Numbered from the stretch's first letter, positions 27,857-37,652 are shown. The stretch is DNA of 40,039 nt from a virus (IMGVR_UViG_3300049828_000506:1-40039); one strand, 5' to 3'. The notes: generated by a model from the sequence alone, not told the origin. Translations and numbers: made by a program.

Positions 27857-28175
27857 CCACGATTAAGCGACCGTTAAAACGCAAATCAGGCGTTTTTAAG
27901 ACTCTAACCTTAAAATTACCATTCGCCTGTAAAATTATACTATCGAACTCAGTGGAATAGTATTCTAAGCCGATTTTTTCATAAGTTTGGAATATCGGAT
28001 ATTGACCAGAATCATGCGCTGAAACTGGAATGCTGATCGTGTAAAAATAACCCTCATCAACCCAATCAGAAATAACAAAATCATAAGGATTATTGAAAAG
28101 CGCATCAATCGTTGCGTCTTCAATAGCCCTAAGTCGAGATCCTAATGATGCGCATGTACCTTCTTCTAAACCCAA
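27849..28175 (-). CDS. Small beta-rich putative structural protein
   Basis: TTG start with GAGG RBS; beta-strand pattern. Confidence 0.55.
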   Translation of the reverse strand: MGLEEGTCASLGSRLRAIEDATIDALFNNPYDFVISDWVDEGYFYTISIPVSAHDSGQYPIFQTYEKIGLEYYSTEFDSIILQANGNFKVRVLKTPDLRFNGRLIVDE

Positions 28176-28185
28176 AAGAAACCTC

Positions 28186-28896
28186 TTAGAGTTTTTTTCT
28201 CACCAGATCTTGCACATATTGTATATCAACATTGACTGTATTTTTATCAAAGTTTTTATAATAGGAACAATTTGATTTTGATTGAGATGCTAGTTTGAAG
28301 CTATTTGAAAAATCATTGTTCGTTAAGTCTCTTAAATATTGAAAAAACAAACAATCAGTCTCTCTGGATGCATAATCGGAAATCATGTTCTTCATTGCTG
28401 AAGTAAATACGCCGTCGTTTATGAACTCGATATATGCAGACATCATCATTGTATACGCATCTTTTTCTTTTAGATTTTTAGTCCAGATCATTGGTCTAGT
28501 GAATTTTCTTTTCTTTTCATTTTTTATTTTATAAATCGTTCTTTGCATTAAACCTATGGTAGAAGCCTTGTAACTTGATTTTTCATATTTGATCTGTGAA
28601 ACAATAATGTCAGCATCTTTTGTGCATATAGCAAAAGGAATAATACCCAATACTGCATAATAATCTTCCCTTTCACAGTAAGGGAATGGAATATCTATTT
28701 CTGGATATAAACAAGTAAGCATAGAAATTGTTTCTATATTTTTACAATCTAACCTTTCCAAAAATGAAATATCAAATTCTGGTTTGATTGGAATATCGTT
28801 ACTATTTAAAACAGGTTTATTTTCTTTTTTTACGGAGATGGTGCTACATGAACAAAATAAAAAACAAAATAAAACTAAAACGCTAGTCCTTATCAT
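28186..28896 (-). CDS. Putative lipoprotein
   Basis: Hydrophobic N-terminus with FCSC lipobox-like site. Confidence 0.55.
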   Translation of the reverse strand: MIRTSVLVLFCFLFCSCSTISVKKENKPVLNSNDIPIKPEFDISFLERLDCKNIETISMLTCLYPEIDIPFPYCEREDYYAVLGIIPFAICTKDADIIVSQIKYEKSSYKASTIGLMQRTIYKIKNEKKRKFTRPMIWTKNLKEKDAYTMMMSAYIEFINDGVFTSAMKNMISDYASRETDCLFFQYLRDLTNNDFSNSFKLASQSKSNCSYYKNFDKNTVNVDIQYVQDLVRKKL

Positions 28897-29395
28897 ATTT
28901 CAATCCTTTTAGAATAGAACGTAACTGCCCAGGAGTTGTCATAGAAAGATCTCTGTCATATGAAATGATATTTCTTCCGCAAAACTTTTTATAGGCATCA
29001 TCAATTATATAGAACACCTCAACACACATATTGTCATCAGTCATATTAAATGGATTTGTTTTTGCTTGCTTAGTATTAAATAACTTGGACTTTAATCGAT
29101 CCCAAGCAAAATAAATCATTGATGGATAATCATATCGCTGATACCAAGATGAGTTTTTTAAGAAATTTAAAATCTTTAATTCTTGATCATCTGTAGTTTG
29201 GAATTCAATGAAATCTACTAAATTATATTTATCAAAAAAATCTTGAATCGGTGTTCTTTGTATTTTCGATCCGTAGGCATGATAAACAATATGGTGATCA
29301 CGAAACATAACCGCGCAATGACTTATATTGGCGTCAGATCCATACTGAATTATCTTACTTCCTAACGCATCAGAATTAACAAACAATGCTTGCAT
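28883..29395 (-). CDS. Permuted papain-like NlpC/P60 (YiiX/YaeF-like) amidase
   Basis: SHCAV (His first), YDY, MCVE (Cys later), TPGQL. Confidence 0.7.
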   Translation of the reverse strand: MQALFVNSDALGSKIIQYGSDANISHCAVMFRDHHIVYHAYGSKIQRTPIQDFFDKYNLVDFIEFQTTDDQELKILNFLKNSSWYQRYDYPSMIYFAWDRLKSKLFNTKQAKTNPFNMTDDNMCVEVFYIIDDAYKKFCGRNIISYDRDLSMTTPGQLRSILKGLKYDKD

Positions 29396-29446
29396 ATTTA
29401 GCCATCCTTTGATAACAAACAGTGGATTTTGCGATATTCAATTTAT

Positions 29447-29965
29447 TTACACTTCTGTACTCAAAGGGAGTCCGAGATATTTTTCAATGCGATTTATAAA
29501 ACTTAAAAGCCTCACGTTATTAATAAATGTACCATCCTTTTCATTTTCTGGAATTAACCTAGCTTCTGCTATTGCATCGTAAAGTGATCCAGTAATAAGA
29601 CATAAAGTCGCCTCAGTCAAAGTTTTTCTAACTTGATTGGTTAAGCCAGCTTGAGTAATACCAAGTAAAATATTTTCAGCAGCAAAGTCATCAATTAAAA
29701 GCTGACCAAAAGTTCTAGCAGGAGTTAATATGTTGTTTCTAATATATTCATGAGGATCGTTATCAACAAAAGAAACATCAGAAACTTGAATAGATGATTG
29801 TGTTGATTCAGACAAAGGAACTGAATAAAAAAGAGTTACTATGTTATTTGCTTGAGTAAACCCAGTAAAATTAGCATGAAGATCTTTATGATAATTGTGA
29901 TATTTAGTTGTGTACGTGATTGGTGCTCTTGAAATTTGAAATGAATAACTCATGACACCCTCCAA
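29447..29965 (-). CDS. Hypothetical protein, possibly fibre-associated (likely start MSYSF)
   Basis: Follows the fibre gene; GGAGG before the MSYSF ATG. Confidence 0.55.
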   Translation of the reverse strand: MEGVMSYSFQISRAPITYTTKYHNYHKDLHANFTGFTQANNIVTLFYSVPLSESTQSSIQVSDVSFVDNDPHEYIRNNILTPARTFGQLLIDDFAAENILLGITQAGLTNQVRKTLTEATLCLITGSLYDAIAEARLIPENEKDGTFINNVRLLSFINRIEKYLGLPLSTEV

Positions 29966-31392
29966 ATCTCAACTCTTGTTTGAAACAGACTGACAGTATT
30001 ACCATTCGTTTCTGATGCAAAATCAATATCAATCGTTAAAGTTTGTTCGGATCCAACATCATAATAAACAAAGCCTGATTCAAAATTGCTTTGAGCGGAT
30101 GTTTCACTTAATTCCACTCTACATTCTGGACCTTGCTGAACCCCATTGACCATCAATCTGAATCTAGCATCAGCATTATTAACATTGATTGACCAATTGA
30201 AAAAGAAACCAATTCTGTATCGGCCAACTGGTTTTGTGGCTGTCACAAAAGAAGCGCCAGTATTAAAAGCCACAGCGGTAGTTGTTGCGGTTGTCAAATC
30301 TGTGAAATCTTCAGCTTCAGAACCGAATACCGCTGAAACTGAAGCTGTCGAGACACTTATAACTCGACCTTGCGCATCCGTCGTAATAATTGGGTAAGCG
30401 GAAGGAGTCCCATAAGTTCCAGCCGTGCCAACATTTGGCATGGATACAGTAGGATTTCCTGCAACACCATCTCCATCGGCTATCGATAAACCAGCGCCAA
30501 CCGCTATAGATCTTGTTATCGCTGTGCCTGTGCCTGTCCTCGTAATAAGGCCAGTGCCCGTCAATGCCGAAATAGCTGTCAAGTCAGCATCCAAAGGCTG
30601 AGCGCCAATACCGGCTGGAGTAATAGAGGCTAAAGTAACTCCGCTGACTCTGCCTTGCGCGTCGGTCGTTATCACCGGAACTGATGTTGCAGAACCATAA
30701 GATCCTGGTGTCCCTACGTTTGGCATTGAAATTGTAGGATTGCCAGAAATTCCATCTCCATCGGCTATCGACAAACTAGCGCCTACCGCGATAGAACGAT
30801 TAACTGCTGTACCTGCACCAGTCCTTACCAAAAAACCAGTGCCGACAAGCGCAGCTAATGCTGTTAAATCAGCGTCCAAAGGCTGAGCGCCAATACCGGC
30901 TGGAGTAATAGAGGCTAAAGTAACTCCGCTGACTCTGCCTTGCGCGTCGGTCGTTATCACAGGAACCGCTGTCGCAGAACCATAAGATCCTGGTGTCCCT
31001 ACGTTTGGCATTGATATAGTTCTTGTCGTCGTTAAGTCTCCACCACCCGTAAGCCCTGGGCCAGCGTTAATCGCAATTGCTGAATGATCTATATGCTCAT
31101 TAGCTACAAAGTTAGCTAACAAATCATGATCGACACCACCTTCTAAAACATCAAAAGAAATCAGATTGCCGCTATCATCATAAGTAGCGTCAATACTTGC
31201 TGTCGAAGAAAGCATTCCGCCTACAATGTCCTGAACTTGCTCGGATGTTAAACCGGCTCCATATATCGTCACCGCACCAGCATCGTCTTTTGAAAAAAGA
31301 TTACCAGTTAGATCAACACCGATCCTAACCTTTCCACTTGTAGGCGTAGCTATCGAAGCAGGGGTTTGTTCTACTAATACTATTGTACTCAT
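29950..31392 (-). CDS. Fibre-like structural protein with internal repeats
   Basis: Gly/Thr/Ala-rich; three MPNVGTxGxYG...P(V/I)ITTDAQGRV units and two AQPLDADLTA motifs. Confidence 0.75.
   Translation of the reverse strand: MSTIVLVEQTPASIATPTSGKVRIGVDLTGNLFSKDDAGAVTIYGAGLTSEQVQDIVGGMLSSTASIDATYDDSGNLISFDVLEGGVDHDLLANFVANEHIDHSAIAINAGPGLTGGGDLTTTRTISMPNVGTPGSYGSATAVPVITTDAQGRVSGVTLASITPAGIGAQPLDADLTALAALVGTGFLVRTGAGTAVNRSIAVGASLSIADGDGISGNPTISMPNVGTPGSYGSATSVPVITTDAQGRVSGVTLASITPAGIGAQPLDADLTAISALTGTGLITRTGTGTAITRSIAVGAGLSIADGDGVAGNPTVSMPNVGTAGTYGTPSAYPIITTDAQGRVISVSTASVSAVFGSEAEDFTDLTTATTTAVAFNTGASFVTATKPVGRYRIGFFFNWSINVNNADARFRLMVNGVQQGPECRVELSETSAQSNFESGFVYYDVGSEQTLTIDIDFASETNGNTVSLFQTRVEIWRVS
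30355..31020. repeat. 285-bp (95-aa) intragenic tandem repeat, about 2.3 copies
   Basis: CCAAAGGCTGAGCGCCAATACC...GTTATCAC identical at 30591 and 30876. Confidence 0.9.
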
Positions 31393-31850
31393 TCTATCAC
31401 CACCAATTCACCAAGGTTATCTAGCTCACCGCTTGAACTAATTTCCAGTTCTTGATACACCAGCATTTGCTTGTTTTCAGGAACAACTACAGTTAAACCT
31501 GATGGGATATTTCTCCAGAAAAAACTATCACCACCTGAAACAGTTGTTACTTGTTTTACAGCGTCTTCAAGGTTTTTAGCTGTTAAAGACGAACCAGATG
31601 GATCAAATCTTATTCCCTTGGCTGTTTCAGATAACGATAAAAAAGCAATAGCTTCATCGATGGTAAGATCAATCAAACCATCGTTTACGATTATAGTCCC
31701 ATTACCTATTTCTGTGATGATATTTGATGACGCTGCCCAAAACGAATAATCTTGTGGTGGAATAATGTAAGAGCTAGATGCTGCTACAGTTATGCCTACA
31801 TCTGTTATACTTACAGGAAATAAAGTCGTATTTATAAGTATCTTGCTCAT
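31389..31850 (-). CDS. Putative fibre/decoration protein
   Basis: Beta-rich; LTAKNLEDAV motif of the type seen in fibre proteins. Confidence 0.5.
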   Translation of the reverse strand: MSKILINTTLFPVSITDVGITVAASSSYIIPPQDYSFWAASSNIITEIGNGTIIVNDGLIDLTIDEAIAFLSLSETAKGIRFDPSGSSLTAKNLEDAVKQVTTVSGGDSFFWRNIPSGLTVVVPENKQMLVYQELEISSSGELDNLGELVVIE

Positions 31851-31870
31851 AATGAACCTTCACGCAATTA

Positions 31871-32299
31871 TCAAACGAGAGTACCAGCTATCAAGACACC
31901 AACAACAGGATTTTTTGCAGAATTAGGACTATCATCAGCTATTTTAACGGCTAGTTGAACATCTTTAGGAACTGAAAAGTTTACTGTTACTTCATAAGTC
32001 CTAACTGCTGTTGTAGTCACACTTCCAACCAAAGTAAGCGATAAACCATCACCGACATGATGATATATATTATACTTGACGATAACTGGATCTTGTTGAG
32101 CTATGAAAACTTTTTTAATTAAAGCGCTTGAAAGAAAAACATTTCGTCCAGATATATTAGAAGGAACAGATTCATTTAATAGCCAAGCGCCTACGCTTAC
32201 ATTACCACTTCGTCCCCATGTAAAACCTGGACTAGCTGAAGTAGCAACAGATACTTCAACCATTTCTTCAATAAAAGCTATTTCTTCACATCCTATCAT
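31871..32299 (-). CDS. Putative structural protein (beta-sandwich)
   Basis: ATGA overlap with the upstream gene; beta-rich. Confidence 0.55.
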   Translation of the reverse strand: MIGCEEIAFIEEMVEVSVATSASPGFTWGRSGNVSVGAWLLNESVPSNISGRNVFLSSALIKKVFIAQQDPVIVKYNIYHHVGDGLSLTLVGSVTTTAVRTYEVTVNFSVPKDVQLAVKIADDSPNSAKNPVVGVLIAGTLV

Positions 32300-32682
32300 C
32301 CGCAAATATCCTCACCTGTTGCAAAAACATGTGAACAAGATAAAATCTTGTCATTAGTTGGTAGTGGAGTGTCACGGGTAAATGTTGAAGTTATAGTCGA
32401 ATCTATTGATGTATCAGAGTTATAAAATGTTGTCACAATAGAACTAACTCTTTGAATTCCACCGACACCACTAACTCTCGTAAAATCTCTTTGAACTATT
32501 TTTAACGAGCCAACAAAATATTCAATCTTGGAAATATAACCGCTTGTTCTTGTGTAGACCTTATTAATGTCTCGACCAGTTAAACGCCTATCAATTTCCA
32601 TAAGAACATCAGAGAGAGTTATTTCAGTAAAAGTATATGCACTCTCATTGACTTGAACTCGATTAGCATTTGTCTGTCCCAT
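32296..32682 (-). CDS. Putative structural protein
   Basis: GGAG RBS; starts MGQTNANRVQ. Confidence 0.6.
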   Translation of the reverse strand: MGQTNANRVQVNESAYTFTEITLSDVLMEIDRRLTGRDINKVYTRTSGYISKIEYFVGSLKIVQRDFTRVSGVGGIQRVSSIVTTFYNSDTSIDSTITSTFTRDTPLPTNDKILSCSHVFATGEDICG

Positions 32683-32693
32683 CAGATAACTCC

Positions 32694-32723
32694 GAAAAAA
32701 GTTCCCTTTCAGGAACTCTTTTC
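32694..32723 (-). terminator. Hairpin / probable intrinsic terminator
   Basis: Minus strand GAAAAGAGTTCC-tgaaag-GGAACTTTTTTC immediately after the stop at 32733. Confidence 0.6.
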
Positions 32724-32732
32724 AAACTCAAA

Positions 32733-34013
32733 TTAAGCGTTAGTTAAGGCTCGACGATAATCCAAAACTAATTCTTCAGTATTGCTTGGTGGAACACTTA
32801 AACGATTGCTTTCAAGTGGCCTGATATGAAGCGAAAGCCATTTGTAACCAGTTTGAGAAATAAGGTTATTATAAACTTGCGGCATCTCAGCATAGTCGCC
32901 AACCCCATCATTCAAACCGCCTGACAAAGCAGTCAATCCAAAAGGAGTAACAACGCCTGAGCCGTTTCCACCATAAACGACTTGCACAAGACGCTGAGCT
33001 TCTGCATCGGCATTAATAGCAGCAGCGATCTGAGCCGCTGTAGCTGTTCCACCAGAACTGTTAGCGATAACCGCAAGAGTTCCAGCTTGGTAAGAACCAG
33101 TAACCGCAACAGTCAAGCCAGCACCGCCTGAAACTTGAACGTCAATTTGATTACCTGCTGTTCCTAATACTAAAGAGTAATAGGATAAAGCAGCATTTCC
33201 TGCGCCAAAGCTGTTATTCGCTAAAGTTCCAGCAGTACCAAGACGCAAACGACGACCATCCATGAGTAATTTAGAAGATCCAGAAAGGAATAAGCTGTTA
33301 GCATCAAAAACTACCGAATCACAATCACCAGTACCTACATATTCATTTTCAATAGGCTGATCAATTGCATCGATATTTTCTCGGATACGATCAATGACTT
33401 CTTTTACCGTAACATCCGTAGAAAGTATTCTTACGTTAGTATTGGATGTTAGATCTATGTCGTCATTGATAACAATAGCTGATCTGTTATTTATCTCATC
33501 AGCATTGATATCAATATCAAGAATTGTTGTTGTACTTAGTACGCCTTGATCACTTGTGATGACTACACCGTCGCCAACTCGGAACAAGTTTACATCGTCA
33601 ACATAAAGAGTCGTTTGACCAGCGATTGGAGTAGATGACACTGAATCGACAACGTCTTCAACTAATTGAAAGAGATCGGTAGCAGCTTGACGATAAAGAC
33701 GATCAATAGCAGCTTGAGCATCATCGATTGGATCATCAATCACATACCAGCCAACCGCACCAGCAGGCAAGGCGGTAGTCGTATCGACAAGCTGATCAAA
33801 TGTTAGCGCTATACCGTCTTCAATAGCCAAAACCCCAACACCTGTCGCAAGTACAGAAATGATGCAGCCATTAGCATCCTTTGCTACGATAGAAACATCA
33901 TCTCCAATTTCAAAGTAACCAGTAAAAGCCATTGTTTGACGTGCGGAGTTCAAAGAAGAAGTGATCAACTCTGCTGGATCAAATTGTACGCGAATCGCAT
34001 TCGTCTGTCCCAT
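32733..34013 (-). CDS. Acidic virion structural/decoration protein
   Basis: Starts MGQTNAIRVQ; GTAGNQI.V...TAAQIAAAINA...LSGG resembles sheath insertion domains; GAGG RBS. Confidence 0.6.
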   Translation of the reverse strand: MGQTNAIRVQFDPAELITSSLNSARQTMAFTGYFEIGDDVSIVAKDANGCIISVLATGVGVLAIEDGIALTFDQLVDTTTALPAGAVGWYVIDDPIDDAQAAIDRLYRQAATDLFQLVEDVVDSVSSTPIAGQTTLYVDDVNLFRVGDGVVITSDQGVLSTTTILDIDINADEINNRSAIVINDDIDLTSNTNVRILSTDVTVKEVIDRIRENIDAIDQPIENEYVGTGDCDSVVFDANSLFLSGSSKLLMDGRRLRLGTAGTLANNSFGAGNAALSYYSLVLGTAGNQIDVQVSGGAGLTVAVTGSYQAGTLAVIANSSGGTATAAQIAAAINADAEAQRLVQVVYGGNGSGVVTPFGLTALSGGLNDGVGDYAEMPQVYNNLISQTGYKWLSLHIRPLESNRLSVPPSNTEELVLDYRRALTNA

Positions 34014-34033
34014 GTGTAAACCTCAACTAATGT

Positions 34034-34747
34034 TTATGGAAAAATAACCTTGCGACTGTAATTAACCGTAAGACTCTCATTGGGCATGGGAGCTTTATTT
34101 AACCGTGAACCATTAGCCGTATTCAAAATAACCGTGAAACCTTGATTGCCTACATTTTCAGTGTAGTCGATATTAATTTCTAATTTTATTCCGCTTAAAA
34201 ACACTTCCAAAGTATTTGGAATAAACTCAAAATCAGTTGAATAATCTAAATTTATACAGTTTTTATCTCCTGTAGGTATCTCATTAACAACAGGAAGACC
34301 ATTCAAACCCAAAAAGTTTTCTAAAAATAACTGACTATTGCTGCCAGTTATTCCTACAATATTCTCAAGATCAACTAACGTATTTTCTAATTGTAATCTT
34401 TGTACAAACCAAATTCCAGAACTACTAGAGTTATCTTCTAAATCTATGACAACAGAAGCATCTGCCACTAATTCTATAAGAACATTTAAGCTAAAGTCTC
34501 TAATAATTATTTTTTCAGAAGAATCATTCCTTAACTCGTATCTATGTCCTATCTGATAGGTTGATGCGCTTCCTAAATTAATATACTGATTTTGATCAGT
34601 TCCAACAAAAAATATAAGAGATGGAGACGATACAGTTAATTGATAAACTGAACTATCTACAGTAGTAATAATTAAAGGTTCTAACGATGAGCTTCTTGTT
34701 CTTGAGTGACCTCGAACAAATCTATCACCGCGAATCGTTGTGACCAT
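34034..34747 (-). CDS. Virion structural protein with a C-terminal beta-sandwich module
   Basis: EIPTG...LEVFLSGIKL...DYTE...P..NESLTVNY. Confidence 0.55.
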   Translation of the reverse strand: MVTTIRGDRFVRGHSRTRSSSLEPLIITTVDSSVYQLTVSSPSLIFFVGTDQNQYINLGSASTYQIGHRYELRNDSSEKIIIRDFSLNVLIELVADASVVIDLEDNSSSSGIWFVQRLQLENTLVDLENIVGITGSNSQLFLENFLGLNGLPVVNEIPTGDKNCINLDYSTDFEFIPNTLEVFLSGIKLEINIDYTENVGNQGFTVILNTANGSRLNKAPMPNESLTVNYSRKVIFP

Positions 34748-34772
34748 ATTTACGCCTATTGCCTATTACGAA

Positions 34773-35522
34773 TTAACCGATAACGACACCCATAGGAAAC
34801 TGTGAATCAGAAATTTCTTCTTCTAGTTTTTCAATCTCAGCTTTCGCTTCTTCTATAAGATCAGGTCCATCAGTATCAATCATTCCACCAGCCGCAGGAT
34901 ATGATTTATATTTACTTCTTATTCTGCCTAAAAGCATTTTAGCTATAGCTAAAGAATAGCGATAAATAAGATCTTCATCACGGTGCAAGACTATTTCATC
35001 TATGCTTATATCTTGTTTTTTGAAATTTATAAGCATGTAGCTATTGCCCATAGTCGAATAATTAAATCTAGAACCACTTATTATGATCTTATCGCAAACA
35101 ACTTCCCAATTTGGTTCGGCAGAAATAACCCTTCTGGTTGTCTCCATATATTGAAGAACCTGAATGTAAGATGAATTTGAAAAACTAAAACCATATCCAT
35201 AATGACCATAATTACCAGCTCCAAAAAAATCAGCAGGAATTAAATTAGTATCTAAAATTCCTTGAGAATATAGTGATTGAATATCGCCAAACCCAACTGG
35301 TAAAAATATGTCAACTACTTGATTGCAATTTGCTGGTAAATCATATTCTCTTTGATTTGGATTCAAAGCTCTAATTTCACAAGATATCAATCCCTTTTTG
35401 GCCTTGAACCAACGCAAAGATCTTTTAAAGATAGCGCACCATTGAGTTGGATCTATCTCAACTGAAATAACAGGAGCGCCTAATTCAGAAAGAATTTGAT
35501 CTTTTATTTCAGCTTCCTTCAT
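34773..35522 (-). CDS. Neck / head-to-tail adaptor (T4 gp13-like)
   Basis: ILSELGAPVISVEID; YSLAIAKMLLGRIRSKY...GG...DG..LIEEAKAEIEKLEEE. Confidence 0.88.
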   Translation of the reverse strand: MKEAEIKDQILSELGAPVISVEIDPTQWCAIFKRSLRWFKAKKGLISCEIRALNPNQREYDLPANCNQVVDIFLPVGFGDIQSLYSQGILDTNLIPADFFGAGNYGHYGYGFSFSNSSYIQVLQYMETTRRVISAEPNWEVVCDKIIISGSRFNYSTMGNSYMLINFKKQDISIDEIVLHRDEDLIYRYSLAIAKMLLGRIRSKYKSYPAAGGMIDTDGPDLIEEAKAEIEKLEEEISDSQFPMGVVIG

Positions 35523-35558
35523 GCCATCCCTCTATATTATCGAATCGTCTAAGATAAC

Positions 35559-35831
35559 TTACTCAACTTGTGTCCAATCGGCGGCTAGTAGATCCGACTG
35601 AGTCGCTGCCCATGGAACGAACTCACCATCAGCTGTTCGCATCATGAGGTAAGGACGGAATTTGCAAACAGTTCCCTCTGCGATGCCAGTAGCGCGTGCG
35701 GTATTCGCATTGATTGGAATGCCTTCGGGATAACCTTCTTGATAAACGACATACATGCCTTTGCCATTCCAACCATGTCGCGCTATTTTTGTACCTGTTT
35801 TCACAAACGTCAGTGCCTTTGAAAAATCCAT
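35559..35831 (-). CDS. tad2: DUF2829 / Tad2-like cyclic-nucleotide sponge (anti-defence)
   Basis: MDFSKAL...G.KIARHGWNGKGM and VPWAATQSDLLAADW. Confidence 0.85.
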   Translation of the reverse strand: MDFSKALTFVKTGTKIARHGWNGKGMYVVYQEGYPEGIPINANTARATGIAEGTVCKFRPYLMMRTADGEFVPWAATQSDLLAADWTQVE

Positions 35832-35960
35832 AACACCCTCATGATTTGATGTGATGGGACAATATAGAATCGCTTAGACATATTTCTCTTTCCCGTGCTG
35901 TACTAATAGTTTCCATAGCTTTTTGAAATTGAAGTAAGCAATTCGCATCAAATGCAAACA

Positions 35961-36587
35961 TCAAAGTTGACTTGCTGGAATTGCAGCGGGAGAAGGAACG
36001 GCAGCACCAGGAACGGAAGTGCCAGTTTCAGAAGCAGTGACGCTTGTGGTTGGAGCTGTTTGAGTTTGTGCTTCAGGCTGATTCAATGCAGAAGTTATAT
36101 CTGCTTGAGTTTGATTTTGAACATCCGCAGACCATTCTGACATTTTGCTTTTCCATTCTTTTATCATGCCAAGCATTTCTTGTATTTTGCCTGATGCTTG
36201 ATCTGATAAAGAAATACTTTCAAAACATTTTGAATCTATAAGACTAGAGGCACAAGCTTCAACTACTGATAAAGAACAATCTAAAGCATTAAACAAATAT
36301 TCTTTTTGTGATTTTTCTTTAGAAGAATCATTTTCCTCTACAGGTTTCTCATCTGGTTTTTCTTCTGATGGTTCATCTTTAGATGATCTAGGCAATTCTG
36401 CCAACGGTACAGGTAAATCTGTTTTTCCGCTAATATTGACATCCGATTGTGGCAGATCAGGATTTATTGAAGGTGGAGCTTCATTTTGAGCTAATTCTTC
36501 TTTAGTGATTAATCGTTCAACTAGTGATTTGGAAAGTAAACCAGACTTTTTGAAGCTTTCAATAATGTTATTCATTCTTATCCCCAA
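35961..36587 (-). CDS. Low-complexity acidic protein (candidate head-internal protein)
   Basis: IIE and LVE near the N-terminus; Pro/Ser/Glu-rich segments; near the capsid gene. Confidence 0.55.
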   Translation of the reverse strand: MGIRMNNIIESFKKSGLLSKSLVERLITKEELAQNEAPPSINPDLPQSDVNISGKTDLPVPLAELPRSSKDEPSEEKPDEKPVEENDSSKEKSQKEYLFNALDCSLSVVEACASSLIDSKCFESISLSDQASGKIQEMLGMIKEWKSKMSEWSADVQNQTQADITSALNQPEAQTQTAPTTSVTASETGTSVPGAAVPSPAAIPASQL

Positions 36588-37396
36588 GGTAAAAGATAGC
36601 CAACTATTCTTTTCGATCCTGTTGGCGCTTTATAGTTTCTCTTTAAAAGATAAACTCCGTCACCTTCATCTTCAACAACTGTATCGTTTTTTGTATTGCC
36701 TTCAATTGTCTCGATATATGTTTTATCTAAAACATTTGAAACAATTCCAATATGACCTCTAGCAGTTCCATTCCCTTTTGAATCTAAATGCTGCCAAATA
36801 ACTAAAGATCCAAAAACAGGTATTTCACTACGATATTCTTTTGGACTTAAATTCCACATGGTCAAAACGTGTTCGGTCTTAAACATTTTCGATAATATGG
36901 TTTCATTAAAGCGTTCAAAATATTTTTTTTCAGTTTCCAATATGCAATGCCAAACGAAACATAAACACCATGGTTCACCTGATGCTTTTCCATCGACAGA
37001 TTTTTGAAATGCTTCAACCATTTTACCTTTGTTTTGGCCGCCTTCTTCTTTTACATGCAAATATCTTTTTGCTGTTGATATTAGATATTCTGATCTAATT
37101 TGCTTCTTATCAACCAAAATGACTGATTCAGGTTTTTCTTTTGTCGAAGGCTTTGGTTTTTCTACTATTGGATCCGAAGTCAGAATCAAAGATTCCGATT
37201 CTGCTGCATCCGTGGTATCTGCGACTGTTTTCGAAGTTGGCTTATTATCAGTTGATTTATTAGTCTCTGTTTTAGATTTTTCAGATAAATCAACTGAATT
37301 TAAGTTCATTGAAACAAGATTATCTAATTCATCGCCATCAATAGCTTTGCCATTTATAGATTTATTTATTCTCTTGATTAAAGAAGAAATAAACAT
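36578..37396 (-). CDS. CHAP-domain peptidoglycan amidase with disordered N-terminus
   Basis: E.GGQNKG..VE.FQ, PWCLCFV (Cys), GHIGIV (His), TIEGNT. Confidence 0.85.
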   Translation of the reverse strand: MFISSLIKRINKSINGKAIDGDELDNLVSMNLNSVDLSEKSKTETNKSTDNKPTSKTVADTTDAAESESLILTSDPIVEKPKPSTKEKPESVILVDKKQIRSEYLISTAKRYLHVKEEGGQNKGKMVEAFQKSVDGKASGEPWCLCFVWHCILETEKKYFERFNETILSKMFKTEHVLTMWNLSPKEYRSEIPVFGSLVIWQHLDSKGNGTARGHIGIVSNVLDKTYIETIEGNTKNDTVVEDEGDGVYLLKRNYKAPTGSKRIVGYLLPWG

Positions 37397-37617
37397 GATT
37401 CACCTTTAAATATGTCCTGGTCCCAAAAAACCAGGACCAAAGCACTGAAAAACGAAGCCATTCCCCAGAAAAATAACTGTTAAAATAATAACAGAATTCA
37501 ACAGATTTGGTCTGATCAGAATCAATAGAACCTTAAATTAGTTGTTTTGGCGTAGATTCAAGGTTATGTAATTGGATTAAACAAACGAAATATTATGAGG
37601 AAATTTTGATTATGATG

Positions 37618-37644
37618 AGAGAATCGCGCAGTGCGCGATCCTCT
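37618..37644 (-). terminator. 12-bp hairpin just after the capsid gene (terminator or mRNA 3' stabiliser)
   Basis: Minus strand AGAGGATCGCGC-act-GCGCGATTCTCT; no U-tract. Confidence 0.55.
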
Positions 37645-37652
37645 TATACAAA

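Noticed and set aside
30355-31020. DGR template/variable repeat pair
   Set aside because: Both copies are in-frame in one gene, differences are not adenine-specific, and there is no reverse transcriptase in the window.
37397-37652. tRNA or structured ncRNA in the intergenic gap
   Set aside because: No cloverleaf or T-loop recognised; only two simple hairpins.
12184-37652. T4-type late promoters (TATAAATA)
   Set aside because: No consistent intergenic copies found by eye; near matches are expected in AT-rich DNA.
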